A DNA stretch of 64,000 bases from an uncultured bacterium (GTDB taxonomy: Bacteria; Patescibacteriota; Minisyncoccia; Phycocordibacterales; GWA1-40-21). Positions 37,628 through 47,933 of the stretch are shown here, piece by piece. The stretch spans positions 12,887 to 76,886 of the forward strand of contig CAWJAN010000005.1 in assembly GCA_963840885.1 (NCBI GenBank), written 5' to 3'. The position numbers and the translations under genes are program-made. Below the pieces are notes generated by a model. That model did no database searches. It was not told where the DNA came from and was given only the letters and a program-made list of their open reading frames with translations. Positions within the stretch are counted from its first letter, which is position 1, and each line of letters begins with the position of its first letter.

Positions 37628-38218
37628 ATGAATTACGAACAGAAGAATTTCGATCACTTGCTAGGCCTCCCGGGCTTCAGCGACACGCTTTTAAAAAATC
37701 ATTTTACGCTCTACGGCGGCTATGTAACGAATTTCAATAAGCTTAATGACATACTTGTAGCCATGGAGAAAGATGGCAAATTCGGCACACCGGAATTTGC
37801 GGAACTCAATCGCCGGCTAGGATGGGAATTCAATGGCATGAGATTGCATGAATTATATTTCGGAAATATGACAAAAGATGACGCGAACAAGACAACGACC
37901 AAAGACAGCGCCTTTGAGAAAGCGCTCGTGAAAGAATTCGGCTCCTATGAAATGTGGGACAAAGATTTCAGGTCAATGGGAGGAATGCGCGGCATCGGCT
38001 GGGTTATTCTTTATTATGACGCCAAAGCCGGACGATTATTCAATGTCTGGATAAATGAGCATGATGCAGGACATCTATCCGGTGCAACGCCGCTCCTTGT
38101 CATGGATGTGTTCGAACACGCATTTATTACTGACTACGGGCTCAAAAAAGCGGATTATATCGAAAGCTTCGTGAAAGCCATAGACTGGAAAGAAGTCGAG
38201 AAAAGAATGGAAAAATAA
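37628..38218 (+). CDS. Fe/Mn superoxide dismutase
   Basis: NH..LY.GYV, LHELYF, DVFEHA metal ligands. Confidence 0.9.
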   Translation: MNYEQKNFDHLLGLPGFSDTLLKNHFTLYGGYVTNFNKLNDILVAMEKDGKFGTPEFAELNRRLGWEFNGMRLHELYFGNMTKDDANKTTTKDSAFEKALVKEFGSYEMWDKDFRSMGGMRGIGWVILYYDAKAGRLFNVWINEHDAGHLSGATPLLVMDVFEHAFITDYGLKKADYIESFVKAIDWKEVEKRMEK

Positions 38219-38321
38219 AAAATATTTAAAAACCGGGCTAAACGCCCGGTTTTGACATTATATTTTTTACGTGTTAATATTATTATTGGAACATGTTTCA
38301 TATCAATTATGGAGGACTGTC

Positions 38322-38801
38322 ATGGCGGAAAACATCGGAATTCGTGAGTACATCGAAAAAAGATTAAATGCCTTAGAACCGATAGAAACTGCGCCCCGGC
38401 AATTTTCCCCGAATCAATGGGAAATTTTTATCGGGGTGATAACGAGCGAAAGGATTAAAAAAATATACCACTTGTCCAAAATTGTGCTTGGAGAGCTGGA
38501 GAAGCTTTCTTCAAGGCGCGATACGGCCATAAAAGATTCCATGAAAGAGGAAATCCGGCTGACATCATTTGATATAAACCGTCTTGATTGCGTCAAAAGA
38601 ATGCTTGATGCGGAATTCGAAGGGTCTTTGTATTACGAATTCCCGAAGATCAGGGATTATGCCGATTACGATCTCGGCATAGTCGTGCAAAAAGACTGGA
38701 AAGTAATTATATTAAAAAAGGAGATGATGGAAGCATTTTCTGAATTCATGATAGGGATGGAATTCAGGGAAAAATTCAGCGGCGGCTCATCAGTAAATTA
38801 G
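38322..38801 (+). CDS. Orphan protein (paralog A)
   Basis: GGAGG SD at 38311, TTGACA at 38252, terminator at 38820-38850; homologous to the next ORF. Confidence 0.7.
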   Translation: MAENIGIREYIEKRLNALEPIETAPRQFSPNQWEIFIGVITSERIKKIYHLSKIVLGELEKLSSRRDTAIKDSMKEEIRLTSFDINRLDCVKRMLDAEFEGSLYYEFPKIRDYADYDLGIVVQKDWKVIILKKEMMEAFSEFMIGMEFREKFSGGSSVN

Positions 38802-38934
38802 CCATATGCCGTTATTTACGGCCCGGAGAGAAATCTCCGGGTCTTTTTATTTTTATAAAAAATATTTGAAAATTATTTCATTAATGATAATATTGCTTCC
38901 GGAAGTCGCAATTCTGGAACAGGAGGCGGAAAAA

Positions 38935-39330
38935 ATGATAACTCAGAAATATTTCAGTGAATTCCTGAAACGATTAACATCTATCGATCCGGATTTGTTT
39001 GTGCCGACGCAGGATATCATAAGCACGGATGCTTATTTCATAGGCATTATCAAAGATCCGGGAATCAAACAGGTTTACAGCTTTATCATGGAGCTTGAAA
39101 GAGAGCTTGAAGAAGCCATCAAATCCTCTCCGGAAAAAATAGAAAGGATAGAGTTTTTCATTGATGAATGCTGGCTTATATTCTGGGATTTTGCAAAAGT
39201 TGAATTCCCGCACATAAACAAAGTGCCAGAAGGCTCGGTATACATCTGCAGCGGATGGAAATTCGTTTTGGTTCCAAACGACGGACGAAAACCGGTTATG
39301 GCCAATAAGTTTCATCTTAATCAGAATTAA
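38935..39330 (+). CDS. Orphan protein (paralog B)
   Basis: AGGAGG SD at 38921, terminator at 39341-39371; shares KRL, FIG.I, IK..Y, ELE, EFP.I, WK with the previous ORF. Confidence 0.7.
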   Translation: MITQKYFSEFLKRLTSIDPDLFVPTQDIISTDAYFIGIIKDPGIKQVYSFIMELERELEEAIKSSPEKIERIEFFIDECWLIFWDFAKVEFPHINKVPEGSVYICSGWKFVLVPNDGRKPVMANKFHLNQN

Positions 39331-39403
39331 GCATTCTGCCGGCCCGGAGATTAAACTCTCCGGGCCTTTTTAATATGAAGTTTTTTATGATATAAATACG
39401 CTT

Positions 39404-41200
39404 ATGAAATCGGACGAAATACGCGAAAGATACCTTAAATTCTTTGAAAAAAGAGGGCATAAAATAATCCCTTCGGCATCGCTTGTACCAGAAAATGATC
39501 CCTCATCTCTTTTTATAAGCGCAGGAATGCAGCCAATGGTTCCTTATCTGCTTGGTGCAAAACATCCGGCTGGCGTAAGGATAGTGGATGTCCAGAAATG
39601 CGTTAGAACAGGCGATATTGATGATGTGGGTGATAACCGCCACTGCACCTTCTTTGAAATGCTTGGAAACTGGTCGCTCGGCGATTACTTTAAAAAAGAA
39701 TCGATCGACTGGAGTTTGGAATTTATTACAAATAAAAAAGAAGGTTTGGGATTGGATCCGAAAAGGCTTTATGTCACGGTTTTCAAGGGCGAAGACGGAA
39801 TTCCGCGCGATGAAGAATCGATAAATATCTGGAAGGATACTTTTAAAAAACCTGGGATTGACGCGGAAGTGGCAGGTAAAGATGAATATATAAAAGACGA
39901 TATAAGAATTATTCCGCTTGGAAAAGATGATAATTTTTGGATTGCCGGAAATACCGGTCCATGCGGAGGAGACACTGAATTTTTTTACGATGTCCTGGGA
40001 AATGGAAAAGTTGAGGGTGATTTTCATGAATTGGTAAAATCCGGAAGAATCATTGAAATTTGGAATAATGTTTTCATGGAATTCAATAAAACTGCAGACG
40101 GCAAATATGAAAAGCTGGCAAAACCGAATGTGGATACTGGAATGGGACTAGAGAGAACGGCTGTTGTAATGCAAGGCAAGGATAATGTTTTTGAAACCGA
40201 TCTTTTCGAGCCTTTGATGTCTTACATTCATTCAAATTCTGAAAAATACGACGAAAGACTTGCAAGAATTGTTGCAGACCATATACGTTCCACAGTCTTC
40301 ATTATTTCTGACGGAGTAATGCCTGCAAATACAGAAGCGGGATACGTGCTCAGAAGAGTTTTGAGAAGAGCCATAAGATCGATAGATAATTTGAAACTTA
40401 AGGAAGAATCTATTTTTGATTTAGCCAAGATAGTTATAAAAAATTATTCCCATGCTTATCCGAGCCTGAAAACAAAAGAAAGCGAAATATTAGATGCAAT
40501 CAAAAAAGAAGATGCAAAATTCAGAGAAACTCTGGATAAGGGCCTAAAGGAATTCGAAAAAGGCACCAGTGCATTCGACTTGTTCCAGACCTACGGCTTT
40601 CCGCTTGAGATGACGCTTGAGCTGGCTATGGAAGAGGGAAGGCATATAGATGTGGATGAGTTTAACCGTAAGATGAAAGAACATCAGGAAATTTCTCGTG
40701 CAGGAAGCGAACAGAAATTCAAAGGCGGGCTTGCGAGCCACGGCGAGATGGAGACGAAATATCATACCGCGACCCATATGATGCTCGCGGCGCTTCAGAA
40801 AGTCCTAGGCGCGCCGATAGTCCAGAAGGGAAGCAATATCACTGCGGAAAGAATGCGCTTTGATTTCAACTGGCCGCAAAAGCTGACCAAAGAACAGATA
40901 AAAGGGGTGGAAGATATGGTAAATGAAAAAATCGCCGAGAAACTGCCGGTAGAAATGGTTGAGCTGCCGAAAGCCGAAGCGCAAAAAATCGCCACTACGC
41001 TCGCATTCGACCTTTCAAGCTACGGCGATATCGTAAAAGTTTATAAAATCGGCTATGTGCCGGAAATTGACAAAGCCTTCAGTATAGAATTCTGCGGCGG
41101 CCCGCATGTAAAAAATACAGGCGAGCTCGGGCATTTCAAAATCGCAAAAGAAGAGGCTGTAAGCGCAGGAGTAAGGAGAATAAAAGCTGTGCTTGAATAA
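39404..41200 (+). CDS. alaS: Alanine--tRNA ligase (short form without C-Ala domain)
   Basis: FFEMLGNWS.GDYFK, DTGMGLER, HTATH, CGGPHV, GVRRI.A. Confidence 0.97.
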   Translation: MKSDEIRERYLKFFEKRGHKIIPSASLVPENDPSSLFISAGMQPMVPYLLGAKHPAGVRIVDVQKCVRTGDIDDVGDNRHCTFFEMLGNWSLGDYFKKESIDWSLEFITNKKEGLGLDPKRLYVTVFKGEDGIPRDEESINIWKDTFKKPGIDAEVAGKDEYIKDDIRIIPLGKDDNFWIAGNTGPCGGDTEFFYDVLGNGKVEGDFHELVKSGRIIEIWNNVFMEFNKTADGKYEKLAKPNVDTGMGLERTAVVMQGKDNVFETDLFEPLMSYIHSNSEKYDERLARIVADHIRSTVFIISDGVMPANTEAGYVLRRVLRRAIRSIDNLKLKEESIFDLAKIVIKNYSHAYPSLKTKESEILDAIKKEDAKFRETLDKGLKEFEKGTSAFDLFQTYGFPLEMTLELAMEEGRHIDVDEFNRKMKEHQEISRAGSEQKFKGGLASHGEMETKYHTATHMMLAALQKVLGAPIVQKGSNITAERMRFDFNWPQKLTKEQIKGVEDMVNEKIAEKLPVEMVELPKAEAQKIATTLAFDLSSYGDIVKVYKIGYVPEIDKAFSIEFCGGPHVKNTGELGHFKIAKEEAVSAGVRRIKAVLE

Positions 41201-41210
41201 ATCAGTCTTC

Positions 41211-41243
41211 AAAAGCCGGCGCCCTAACTGGCGCCGGCTTTTG
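41211..41243 (+). terminator. Intrinsic terminator
   Basis: aaaagccggcgcc-ctaact-ggcgccggctttt. Confidence 0.8.
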
Positions 41244-41275
41244 ATTTTAGCTTTCTGCTTGCTATAATGTATGCA

Positions 41276-42448
41276 ATGAGTATTTTTTCTTCCAAAAATA
41301 AATCTTCCTTATCTCTTGTTTTTGATTTGAGGGATTCATATGTCTCGATTGCCGCAATAAATTTCGTAAATGAAAGCAAGCCCGAAATAATATTATGTCA
41401 AAACTTTGAAATCAATCCGTCAAACCACGAAGATTACGGTAAATACACATCCTCCATGCTAAGTTCTGTAAAAGAAGGGATTCTGGCCGTTAGGAAAGAT
41501 CTGGCCAAAAAGGGAAGCAAAGAAAGCATAAGAAAATACCATTTCTTCATAGGATCTCCCTGGAGCGTTTCGGAAAGCAAAACCATAAAGATAATTAAAA
41601 ACAAAAAATTCGAAGTTACAAAAGAGATACTAGGAAAAATAGTCAGCGACGAGGAAGAAACGATAAAAAAGGATATGAGCACCAGCATAAAGCTGGAAAA
41701 CTGGAAAATCCTCGAAGAAAAAATCGTGGAGTTCAAGCTGAACGGCTATAAGGCAGAAAAGGTCTTCGACAAAAAGATAACCGAGCTCGAGGCCGAGCTC
41801 TTCGTCTCTTTCATTCCGGTAGAAGTCTATAAGGGCCTGTCAGATATAACTTCAGGCGGACATATAAAGACAACTATGAATTCGTCCATGCTTGCTTCAT
41901 ATATATTTTTTAGGGATCTTTATTCGGACAAAAATAATTTCATATGCGTGGATATAGGCAATTTCGTAACTGATATATTCTTCGTGAGAAACGATGTTAT
42001 ATCAGGAGCAGTATCTTTTCCGCTCGGAGAAAAAGATCTGATAAAAACCATGATGTCGCACGCCAAAATACCGGAAAGTTCGATAATGACATACATAAAT
42101 ATGATGTGCCACGGAGCCTGCGAAGAGGAAACCAAAAAAGAAACGAAGAGACTACTGAAAGAGAGCAAAAACATATGGCTGGAAAAGTTCAAGCTTGCTA
42201 TGTCGAAAATATCCTCGGAAACGGATATTCCAAAGAATATTTTCGTCATTGAAAATACAAATCTGGTAAGAGCCATGATGAAAGAGTTGTCTGACGAGGA
42301 TGTGAATATTATGGGAATGAAAATGGCTGTAGAACATATAAGCGAGGCGATGATAGACAATAATATCGAAAATGGAAAAGATTTTAAAAACGAGCCTTAT
42401 ATAAAGATAGATACGGTATTTTTGGATAAGATAATATTTAAAAAATAA
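41276..42448 (+). CDS. Actin-like ATPase-fold protein (divergent FtsA/PilM-like)
   Basis: LVFDLRDSYV, KLNGY, CVDIGNFVTDI, SFPLG pattern. Confidence 0.55.
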   Translation: MSIFSSKNKSSLSLVFDLRDSYVSIAAINFVNESKPEIILCQNFEINPSNHEDYGKYTSSMLSSVKEGILAVRKDLAKKGSKESIRKYHFFIGSPWSVSESKTIKIIKNKKFEVTKEILGKIVSDEEETIKKDMSTSIKLENWKILEEKIVEFKLNGYKAEKVFDKKITELEAELFVSFIPVEVYKGLSDITSGGHIKTTMNSSMLASYIFFRDLYSDKNNFICVDIGNFVTDIFFVRNDVISGAVSFPLGEKDLIKTMMSHAKIPESSIMTYINMMCHGACEEETKKETKRLLKESKNIWLEKFKLAMSKISSETDIPKNIFVIENTNLVRAMMKELSDEDVNIMGMKMAVEHISEAMIDNNIENGKDFKNEPYIKIDTVFLDKIIFKK

Positions 42449-42468
42449 AATTCAAACTTTTTAAACCC

Positions 42469-43827
42469 ATGGCTAGAAAAATAATACAGGACATCATAGT
42501 TAAAGATAAAAAAAACGACCATGCGTCGAAAAAGATCGAGGCCGAAAGGCATTTGTTTTTTAGGGAAAAAATATACGATAATAATGATGATGTATTTGCC
42601 AAAAAACTTAACGAGCTTAAAGATAAGGAGCATATGTTTGAAAAAAATGATGACTCGGAATTTCCTAAAGAAAAAGTTTCCAAAAACTCTGTTTATTTTC
42701 TATGGGCCCTTGGCTTTGCACTTATCGTCACAATAGTTTTCCTTCTGTCTTCTGTTTTTGCAACTGCAAAAATAATCATAACGCCGAAAAATACCGATTT
42801 AAGCATGAGTGATACATATACTGCAAGCGATAATAAAGATGCTGCCGGTCTTCATTATGAAATTATGACCGTGGAAAAAACGATGTCAAAATCCCTTCCT
42901 ACAAGCGGCGAGGAAAGCGTCGAAAGAAAAGCCATCGGAAAAGTCACCATATACAACAAATACAGCACCCAAACCCAGCGTCTGATAAACAATACGAGAT
43001 TGGAAACGCCTGACGGACTCATTTACAGGATAAGGGAATCTGTGGATGTTCCGGGAATGAGCGGTTCGACTCCGGGAAGCGTAACAGTAGATGTAATAGC
43101 CGATGAATCCGGCGACAAATACAATATGAATGTCAGCGACCTGAAAGGCGATTTCACGATTCCTGGATTTGCCGGCAGCCCGAAATTCGACGGATTTTTT
43201 GCAAGGATAAGTTCAGACATAACTGGTGGCTACATAGGAAATGTTAAAAGCGTATCAAACAATGATCTGACTGCCGGAAGAAACCAGCTGAAAAATGATT
43301 TGCAAACTGAACTCATAAAAGAAGTTTACGACCAGAAGCCGGACGGATACTTAATATTCGACAATAACTACTATACCGATATGAACGACCTGCCAGACAA
43401 TTCAAGCACTAGCGATTATTCCATCTCCGAAGACGGAACGATACATGCGATAATATTCAGCAGATCCGATTTAGCGGATTTCCTGGCAAAAAACAAGATA
43501 AGCGGTTTTGACGGATCAGAAGTCGATATCCTTCCCGGTGATGATTTCACTTCCTCAATTTCCGGCACAACGGCGCAGCCTTGGAACGAACATACTTTGA
43601 AAATAAGCTTTTCGGGAAATATCAAGATAGTCTGGGTTTACAATGGCGGCGACATAATAAGCGACATCGCAGGCCAGAATAAATCAGTAATACCGGCCAT
43701 TCTGGACAAATATAAGACTTCAGTGGAAGCGATAACTGCTAGCATAAATCCTTCCTGGGTAAAAACATTCCCCAAGAATCCTAAAAAAATAAGCATCGTT
43801 GACTCGGTTACGGGAAACTCCATATAA
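42469..43827 (+). CDS. Membrane-anchored baseplate J/gp47-like domain protein
   Basis: TM then KAIGKVTIYN...TRLET.DG..Y....V.VPG....PGSVTV.V.AD..G..YN. Confidence 0.6.
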   Translation: MARKIIQDIIVKDKKNDHASKKIEAERHLFFREKIYDNNDDVFAKKLNELKDKEHMFEKNDDSEFPKEKVSKNSVYFLWALGFALIVTIVFLLSSVFATAKIIITPKNTDLSMSDTYTASDNKDAAGLHYEIMTVEKTMSKSLPTSGEESVERKAIGKVTIYNKYSTQTQRLINNTRLETPDGLIYRIRESVDVPGMSGSTPGSVTVDVIADESGDKYNMNVSDLKGDFTIPGFAGSPKFDGFFARISSDITGGYIGNVKSVSNNDLTAGRNQLKNDLQTELIKEVYDQKPDGYLIFDNNYYTDMNDLPDNSSTSDYSISEDGTIHAIIFSRSDLADFLAKNKISGFDGSEVDILPGDDFTSSISGTTAQPWNEHTLKISFSGNIKIVWVYNGGDIISDIAGQNKSVIPAILDKYKTSVEAITASINPSWVKTFPKNPKKISIVDSVTGNSI

Positions 43828-43878
43828 AAACTTGCAAATGCTGAAAAAGTTTGTTATTATCTTTTGGCCTTATAAATA

Positions 43879-44100
43879 ATGCAAGCGACGAAAAAAAATA
43901 AAGAAACATCCGTTGGAATTGTTCTTGAAGCATTTCCCAACACCATCTTCAAGATAAGACTCGAAAATGACAAAGGGGAAATACTGGCTTATTTGGCCGG
44001 TAAAATGAGGATGAACAGGATAAAAATCCTGGTCGGTGACAGAGTGGAAGTCCTGCTTGATGAATATGGAGGTAAGGGAAGAATAATAAGAAGGCTATAA
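43879..44100 (+). CDS. infA: Translation initiation factor IF-1
   Basis: [26 protein letters not shown]. Confidence 0.97.
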   Translation: MQATKKNKETSVGIVLEAFPNTIFKIRLENDKGEILAYLAGKMRMNRIKILVGDRVEVLLDEYGGKGRIIRRL

Positions 44101-44110
44101 TCTTAAAACA

Positions 44111-44227
44111 ATGAAAGTAAAGGCTTCAGTAAAAAAGATATGCGCTAAATGCAAGACTGTCAGAAGAAATGGCAGGGTTTTTGTCACATGCACATCTAAT
44201 CCACGCCATAAGCAGAGGCAGGGATAA
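44111..44227 (+). CDS. rpmJ: 50S ribosomal protein L36
   Basis: [38 protein letters not shown] (below the ORF-track cutoff). Confidence 0.97.
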   Translation: MKVKASVKKICAKCKTVRRNGRVFVTCTSNPRHKQRQG

Positions 44228-44279
44228 AACAGTTGATTTTTAATAATAAAAATGCTAATGTAAGCATTCGTGCAATTTT

Positions 44280-44660
44280 ATGCGTATAGTAGGTATCACA
44301 ATCCCGGAAAACAAAAGATTGAAAGTCGGACTAACGGTTCTTTACGGAATCGGTCTTCCGCTTGCCAAACAGATACTTGAAAAATCAAAAGTCAATATAG
44401 ATAAAAAGCCGGCAGAACTTTCCGCAGAGGAAGAAAACAGGATAAAAAAGACCATAGAAGAGATAAAGATAGAGGGAGATCTTAAGAGAGAAGTCGGTTC
44501 CAATATAAAAAGGCTCAAGGATATAAAAGCATACAGGGGTATAAGGCATATAAGAAAGCTTCCTTCAAGAGGTCAGAGAACCAAGACAAATTCCAGGACA
44601 CTCAGAGGAAACAAGAGAGTCACTATGGGTACCGGAAGAAAGAAAGAAGAAAAGAAATAA
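44280..44660 (+). CDS. rpsM: 30S ribosomal protein S13
   Basis: YGIG, EGDL, YRGIRH..KLP.RGQRTKTN. Confidence 0.97.
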   Translation: MRIVGITIPENKRLKVGLTVLYGIGLPLAKQILEKSKVNIDKKPAELSAEEENRIKKTIEEIKIEGDLKREVGSNIKRLKDIKAYRGIRHIRKLPSRGQRTKTNSRTLRGNKRVTMGTGRKKEEKK

Positions 44661-44690
44661 CGTTAAAAATAAAAAAATTCCAAACGACCA

Positions 44691-45128
44691 ATGGGTAAGA
44701 AAAGAATAGTAAAAACAGAAGAAAAGACGGATGCCGCAAAACAAGGCGCCGTTGAGACAGCAAAAAAATCCTCGAAGAAAAAAATCGAGTCAGGCATTTT
44801 GTATGTCCAATCGACATACAATAACACCATGGTCCTCTTTACGGACAAATCCGGAAATGCTCTTCTTTCATCTTCTGCAGGGGCGCTCGGTTTTAAAGGC
44901 GCAAAAAAAGGAACTCCTTTTGCAGCCGCAAAAGTGGGTGAAACTCTCGGAGAAAAAGCTGCCGTACTCGGAGTAAAGGAAATAGATGTGGTCGTTAAAG
45001 GAGTCGGTTCTGGAAGAGAATCTGCCATAAGAGGTTTCGTTTCAAAAGGCATAAATATTACAAAGATAAAAGATGAGACCCCTGTTCCTCACAACGGACC
45101 TAAGCCTAAGAAACCTAGGAGAGTATAA
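44691..45128 (+). CDS. rpsK: 30S ribosomal protein S11
   Basis: STYNNT, GFKG.KKGTPFAA, DETPVPHNG..P. Confidence 0.97.
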   Translation: MGKKRIVKTEEKTDAAKQGAVETAKKSSKKKIESGILYVQSTYNNTMVLFTDKSGNALLSSSAGALGFKGAKKGTPFAAAKVGETLGEKAAVLGVKEIDVVVKGVGSGRESAIRGFVSKGINITKIKDETPVPHNGPKPKKPRRV

Positions 45129-45141
45129 AATTTAAATAATC

Positions 45142-45744
45142 ATGAAAGTAGGTCCAAAATACAAAATAGCAAGAAGACTCGGGGCAAGCGTTTTTGACAA
45201 GACGCAGACACAGAAGTTTGCAATGAAAGCCGGGGCAAAAAAGACGTTCAAAAAAATGACCGGCTCCGATTTCGGAATCCAGCTTTTGGAAAAACAGAAA
45301 GCCAGAGTCACTTATGGCATCGGAGAAAAACAGTTCAAAAAGCTTGTCGAAGGAATAATCGCAAAAAAACTTCCTAATACCGGCGAATCTCTCATTCAAT
45401 CCCTGGAAACGAGGCTCGACAATACAATTTATAGGCTCGGATTTGCAAGCACCAGGCAAGCAGCAAGACAAATGGTCGGCCACGGACATATAAACGTAAA
45501 CGGAAAAAGGATGAATATTCCATCGCACAGGATAAAGATTGGCGATGTCATATCAATAAGAGAAGGCAGCCAGAAAAAAACCTTGTTCAGCAACTTAAAC
45601 GAAAAACTCAGGGAAACAAGGACGCCGTCATGGCTTTCGCTCGATGCGGCAAAGAGAGAAGCAAAAGTGCAAGGACTTCCGAAAATAGCGCCGAACGAGA
45701 TATCCTTCGACCTTTCCCAGATAATCCAGTTCTACAACAAGTAG
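45142..45744 (+). CDS. rpsD: 30S ribosomal protein S4
   Basis: GPKYKIARR, QL.EKQK, LETRLDN, ARQMV.HGH. Confidence 0.97.
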   Translation: MKVGPKYKIARRLGASVFDKTQTQKFAMKAGAKKTFKKMTGSDFGIQLLEKQKARVTYGIGEKQFKKLVEGIIAKKLPNTGESLIQSLETRLDNTIYRLGFASTRQAARQMVGHGHINVNGKRMNIPSHRIKIGDVISIREGSQKKTLFSNLNEKLRETRTPSWLSLDAAKREAKVQGLPKIAPNEISFDLSQIIQFYNK

Positions 45745-45800
45745 TTTAAAAAAGTTTATCAAAATTTATCAATAATTAATAACAAAGCGCTTTAAATAAT

Positions 45801-46757
45801 ATGGATCAATACAAAATATTATTGCCTTCAAAACCAAAAATCATCAAAGAGGATGATTTTTCCGGAGTCTATGAAATAGACGGCCTTTATCCTGGATACG
45901 GACACACGCTGGGAAATTCCTTGAGAAGAATAATCCTTTCTTCTATTCCAGGCGTCGCCATCACATCCGTAAAGATAAACGGTGTGGATCATGAATTTTC
46001 ATCAATAAAGGGCGTAAAGGAAGACGTCATAAGCATGATATTGAACCTTAAGAAAATAAGGTTTAAAGCCGTAAATGACGGAGAGCATACGGTTGAGCTA
46101 AAGGTAAAGGGAATAAAAGAAATTACCGCAGAAGACATAAAAGTCCCTGGACAGATAGAAGTCCTGAATCCAAATCAGTATATCGCTTCAATAACGGATA
46201 AAAACACCGAACTAAATATAGAAATGAAAATCCAGAAAGGACTTGGTTTTGTCCCGAGAGAAGTGATACAGAAAGAAAAGGTTGAGATAGGCACGATAGC
46301 ACTCGATGCGATTTTCACTCCAATAAGAAAAGTAAATTATGAGGTAGAAAATATGCGCGTAGGAGACAGGACGGACTTCAACAAGATAACCATATCCATA
46401 GACACCGACGGTTCCATCACGCCTAATGAAGCTCTTGAAAAATCCATAATGATAATGATAGAACAATTAAAGGCTATCGTAGGCTTCCAGGAACCAAAAG
46501 AGGAAATGGAAGAAAAAAAATCTGCCAAAAATGAAGACGAAGAGAAGGAGGCTGATTCGGATTTCCTCAAAACAAGGATAGAGGGCTTGGATTTGTCCGT
46601 AAGAACAGTAAACGCGCTTACAAAAGCAAATATTAGGACTGCCGGAGGACTTGCAAAAAAGAAAGAGAAGGATCTCGACGATATAGAAGGTCTTGGGGCA
46701 AAAGGAATACAGGAAATAAAAAAGATGCTTTCGAATTACGGAATAACGCTTAAATAA
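45801..46757 (+). CDS. rpoA: RNA polymerase subunit alpha
   Basis: GYGHTLGNSLRRI.LSS, HEFS.I.GV.ED, DA.FTP, LSVR..NAL. Confidence 0.98.
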   Translation: MDQYKILLPSKPKIIKEDDFSGVYEIDGLYPGYGHTLGNSLRRIILSSIPGVAITSVKINGVDHEFSSIKGVKEDVISMILNLKKIRFKAVNDGEHTVELKVKGIKEITAEDIKVPGQIEVLNPNQYIASITDKNTELNIEMKIQKGLGFVPREVIQKEKVEIGTIALDAIFTPIRKVNYEVENMRVGDRTDFNKITISIDTDGSITPNEALEKSIMIMIEQLKAIVGFQEPKEEMEEKKSAKNEDEEKEADSDFLKTRIEGLDLSVRTVNALTKANIRTAGGLAKKKEKDLDDIEGLGAKGIQEIKKMLSNYGITLK

Positions 46758-46761
46758 GAAT

Positions 46762-47109
46762 ATGCTTCACAGGAACAAGAACAAACAGCTTAGCAGGAAC
46801 AAAAACCAGAGAAACGCACTCATAAAGAGCCTTGCGGTATCTTTGGTTAAGCATGGAAAGATAACTACCACGGAAATAAAGGCTAAGGTATTGAAGCCTT
46901 TCGTGGAAAAACTCATAACAAAAGGGAAGGCTGGCGATCTGAGCGCAACAAGGCTTATAGCATCAAAAATAGGCGCAGCTTCCGCAAAGAAAATAATCAA
47001 AGAAATATCGCCTAAATACAAAGACAGGCAGGGAGGATATGCGAGGATTATTAAAATAAAGGCCAGAGTATCTGACGGCGCAAGAATGGCGCAGATAGAG
47101 TTTGTATAA
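46762..47109 (+). CDS. rplQ: 50S ribosomal protein L17
   Basis: R.ALIK.LA.SL..HGKITTT..KAK, R.GGY.RI. Confidence 0.96.
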   Translation: MLHRNKNKQLSRNKNQRNALIKSLAVSLVKHGKITTTEIKAKVLKPFVEKLITKGKAGDLSATRLIASKIGAASAKKIIKEISPKYKDRQGGYARIIKIKARVSDGARMAQIEFV

Positions 47110-47125
47110 TTTTAAAAACAAAAAT

Positions 47126-47485
47126 ATGAACACAGAAAAGAAAACCTATAGAATAGATGCATCCGGAGCAAAAATCGGAAGAATCGCAAGCCAGGCGGCG
47201 AGCCTTTTGACCGGAAAAAATCTGGCCGAATATGCCAAGAACAAGGTTTTCAATACGGAAGTCATAATAGAAAATATCTCCAAGCTGGATATAGGTGAAA
47301 AAAAACTGGTTCAGAAAACTTACAAAAGATATTCCGGATATCCGGGAGGCCAGTCTGAAAAAAGCATGGAGCAGATAATAGACAAGAAGGGTAGATCGGC
47401 TATAGTCAGGATGGCTGTTCTCGGAATGCTCCCAAGAAACAAGCTGAGATCCAAGGTTATAAAAAACTTGACCCTTAAAGATTAA
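47126..47485 (+). CDS. rplM: 50S ribosomal protein L13
   Basis: IDA.G..IGR.AS..A..L.GK, YSGYPGG, GMLP.N.L. Confidence 0.95.
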   Translation: MNTEKKTYRIDASGAKIGRIASQAASLLTGKNLAEYAKNKVFNTEVIIENISKLDIGEKKLVQKTYKRYSGYPGGQSEKSMEQIIDKKGRSAIVRMAVLGMLPRNKLRSKVIKNLTLKD

Positions 47486-47493
47486 TTAAAAAG

Positions 47494-47898
47494 ATGACGG
47501 ATACAAAACACAATTATATAGAAGCTGTTGGCAGGAGAAAGACTTCAGTCGCGAGAGTGAGGGCTGTTCCTGCTTCAAAAAATTCGTTTACAATAAACGG
47601 AGGGAAAAGCGTCGAGGATTATTTCAAAAACGAGGCACAGAGGATCAAGACTCTTGAATCATTAAAAAAGGCTGAAGCTCAGCCGCTTTCCGTAACGGTA
47701 AGGGTAAGCGGGGGAGGAATAAATTCTCAGGCCGAAGCGGTAAGACATGCTATAGCAAGAATCTTGATAAAACTGACGCCAGAGCTCAGAAAAACTCTCA
47801 AAAAAGCCGGATTCCTGAAAAGAGATCCGAGAGCGAAGGAAAGAAGAAAATTCGGTCTCAAGAAAGCAAGAAAAGCTCCTCAGTGGTCAAAGAGATAA
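47494..47898 (+). CDS. rpsI: 30S ribosomal protein S9
   Basis: GRRKTSVARV, GGG..SQA.A.RH, RD.R.KERRKFGLKKARKAPQWSKR. Confidence 0.97.
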   Translation: MTDTKHNYIEAVGRRKTSVARVRAVPASKNSFTINGGKSVEDYFKNEAQRIKTLESLKKAEAQPLSVTVRVSGGGINSQAEAVRHAIARILIKLTPELRKTLKKAGFLKRDPRAKERRKFGLKKARKAPQWSKR

Positions 47899-47900
47899 AG

Positions 47901-47929
47901 AAAAACTCCCGGTTAATTCCGGGAGTTTT
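47901..47929. terminator. Bidirectional terminator
   Basis: aaaactcccgg-ttaatt-ccgggagtttt. Confidence 0.8.
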
Positions 47930-47933
47930 GTTT

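Noticed and set aside
42469-43827. Prophage or contractile injection system
   Set aside because: Only a single baseplate-J-like gene is present, with no sheath, tube, terminase or integrase in the window.
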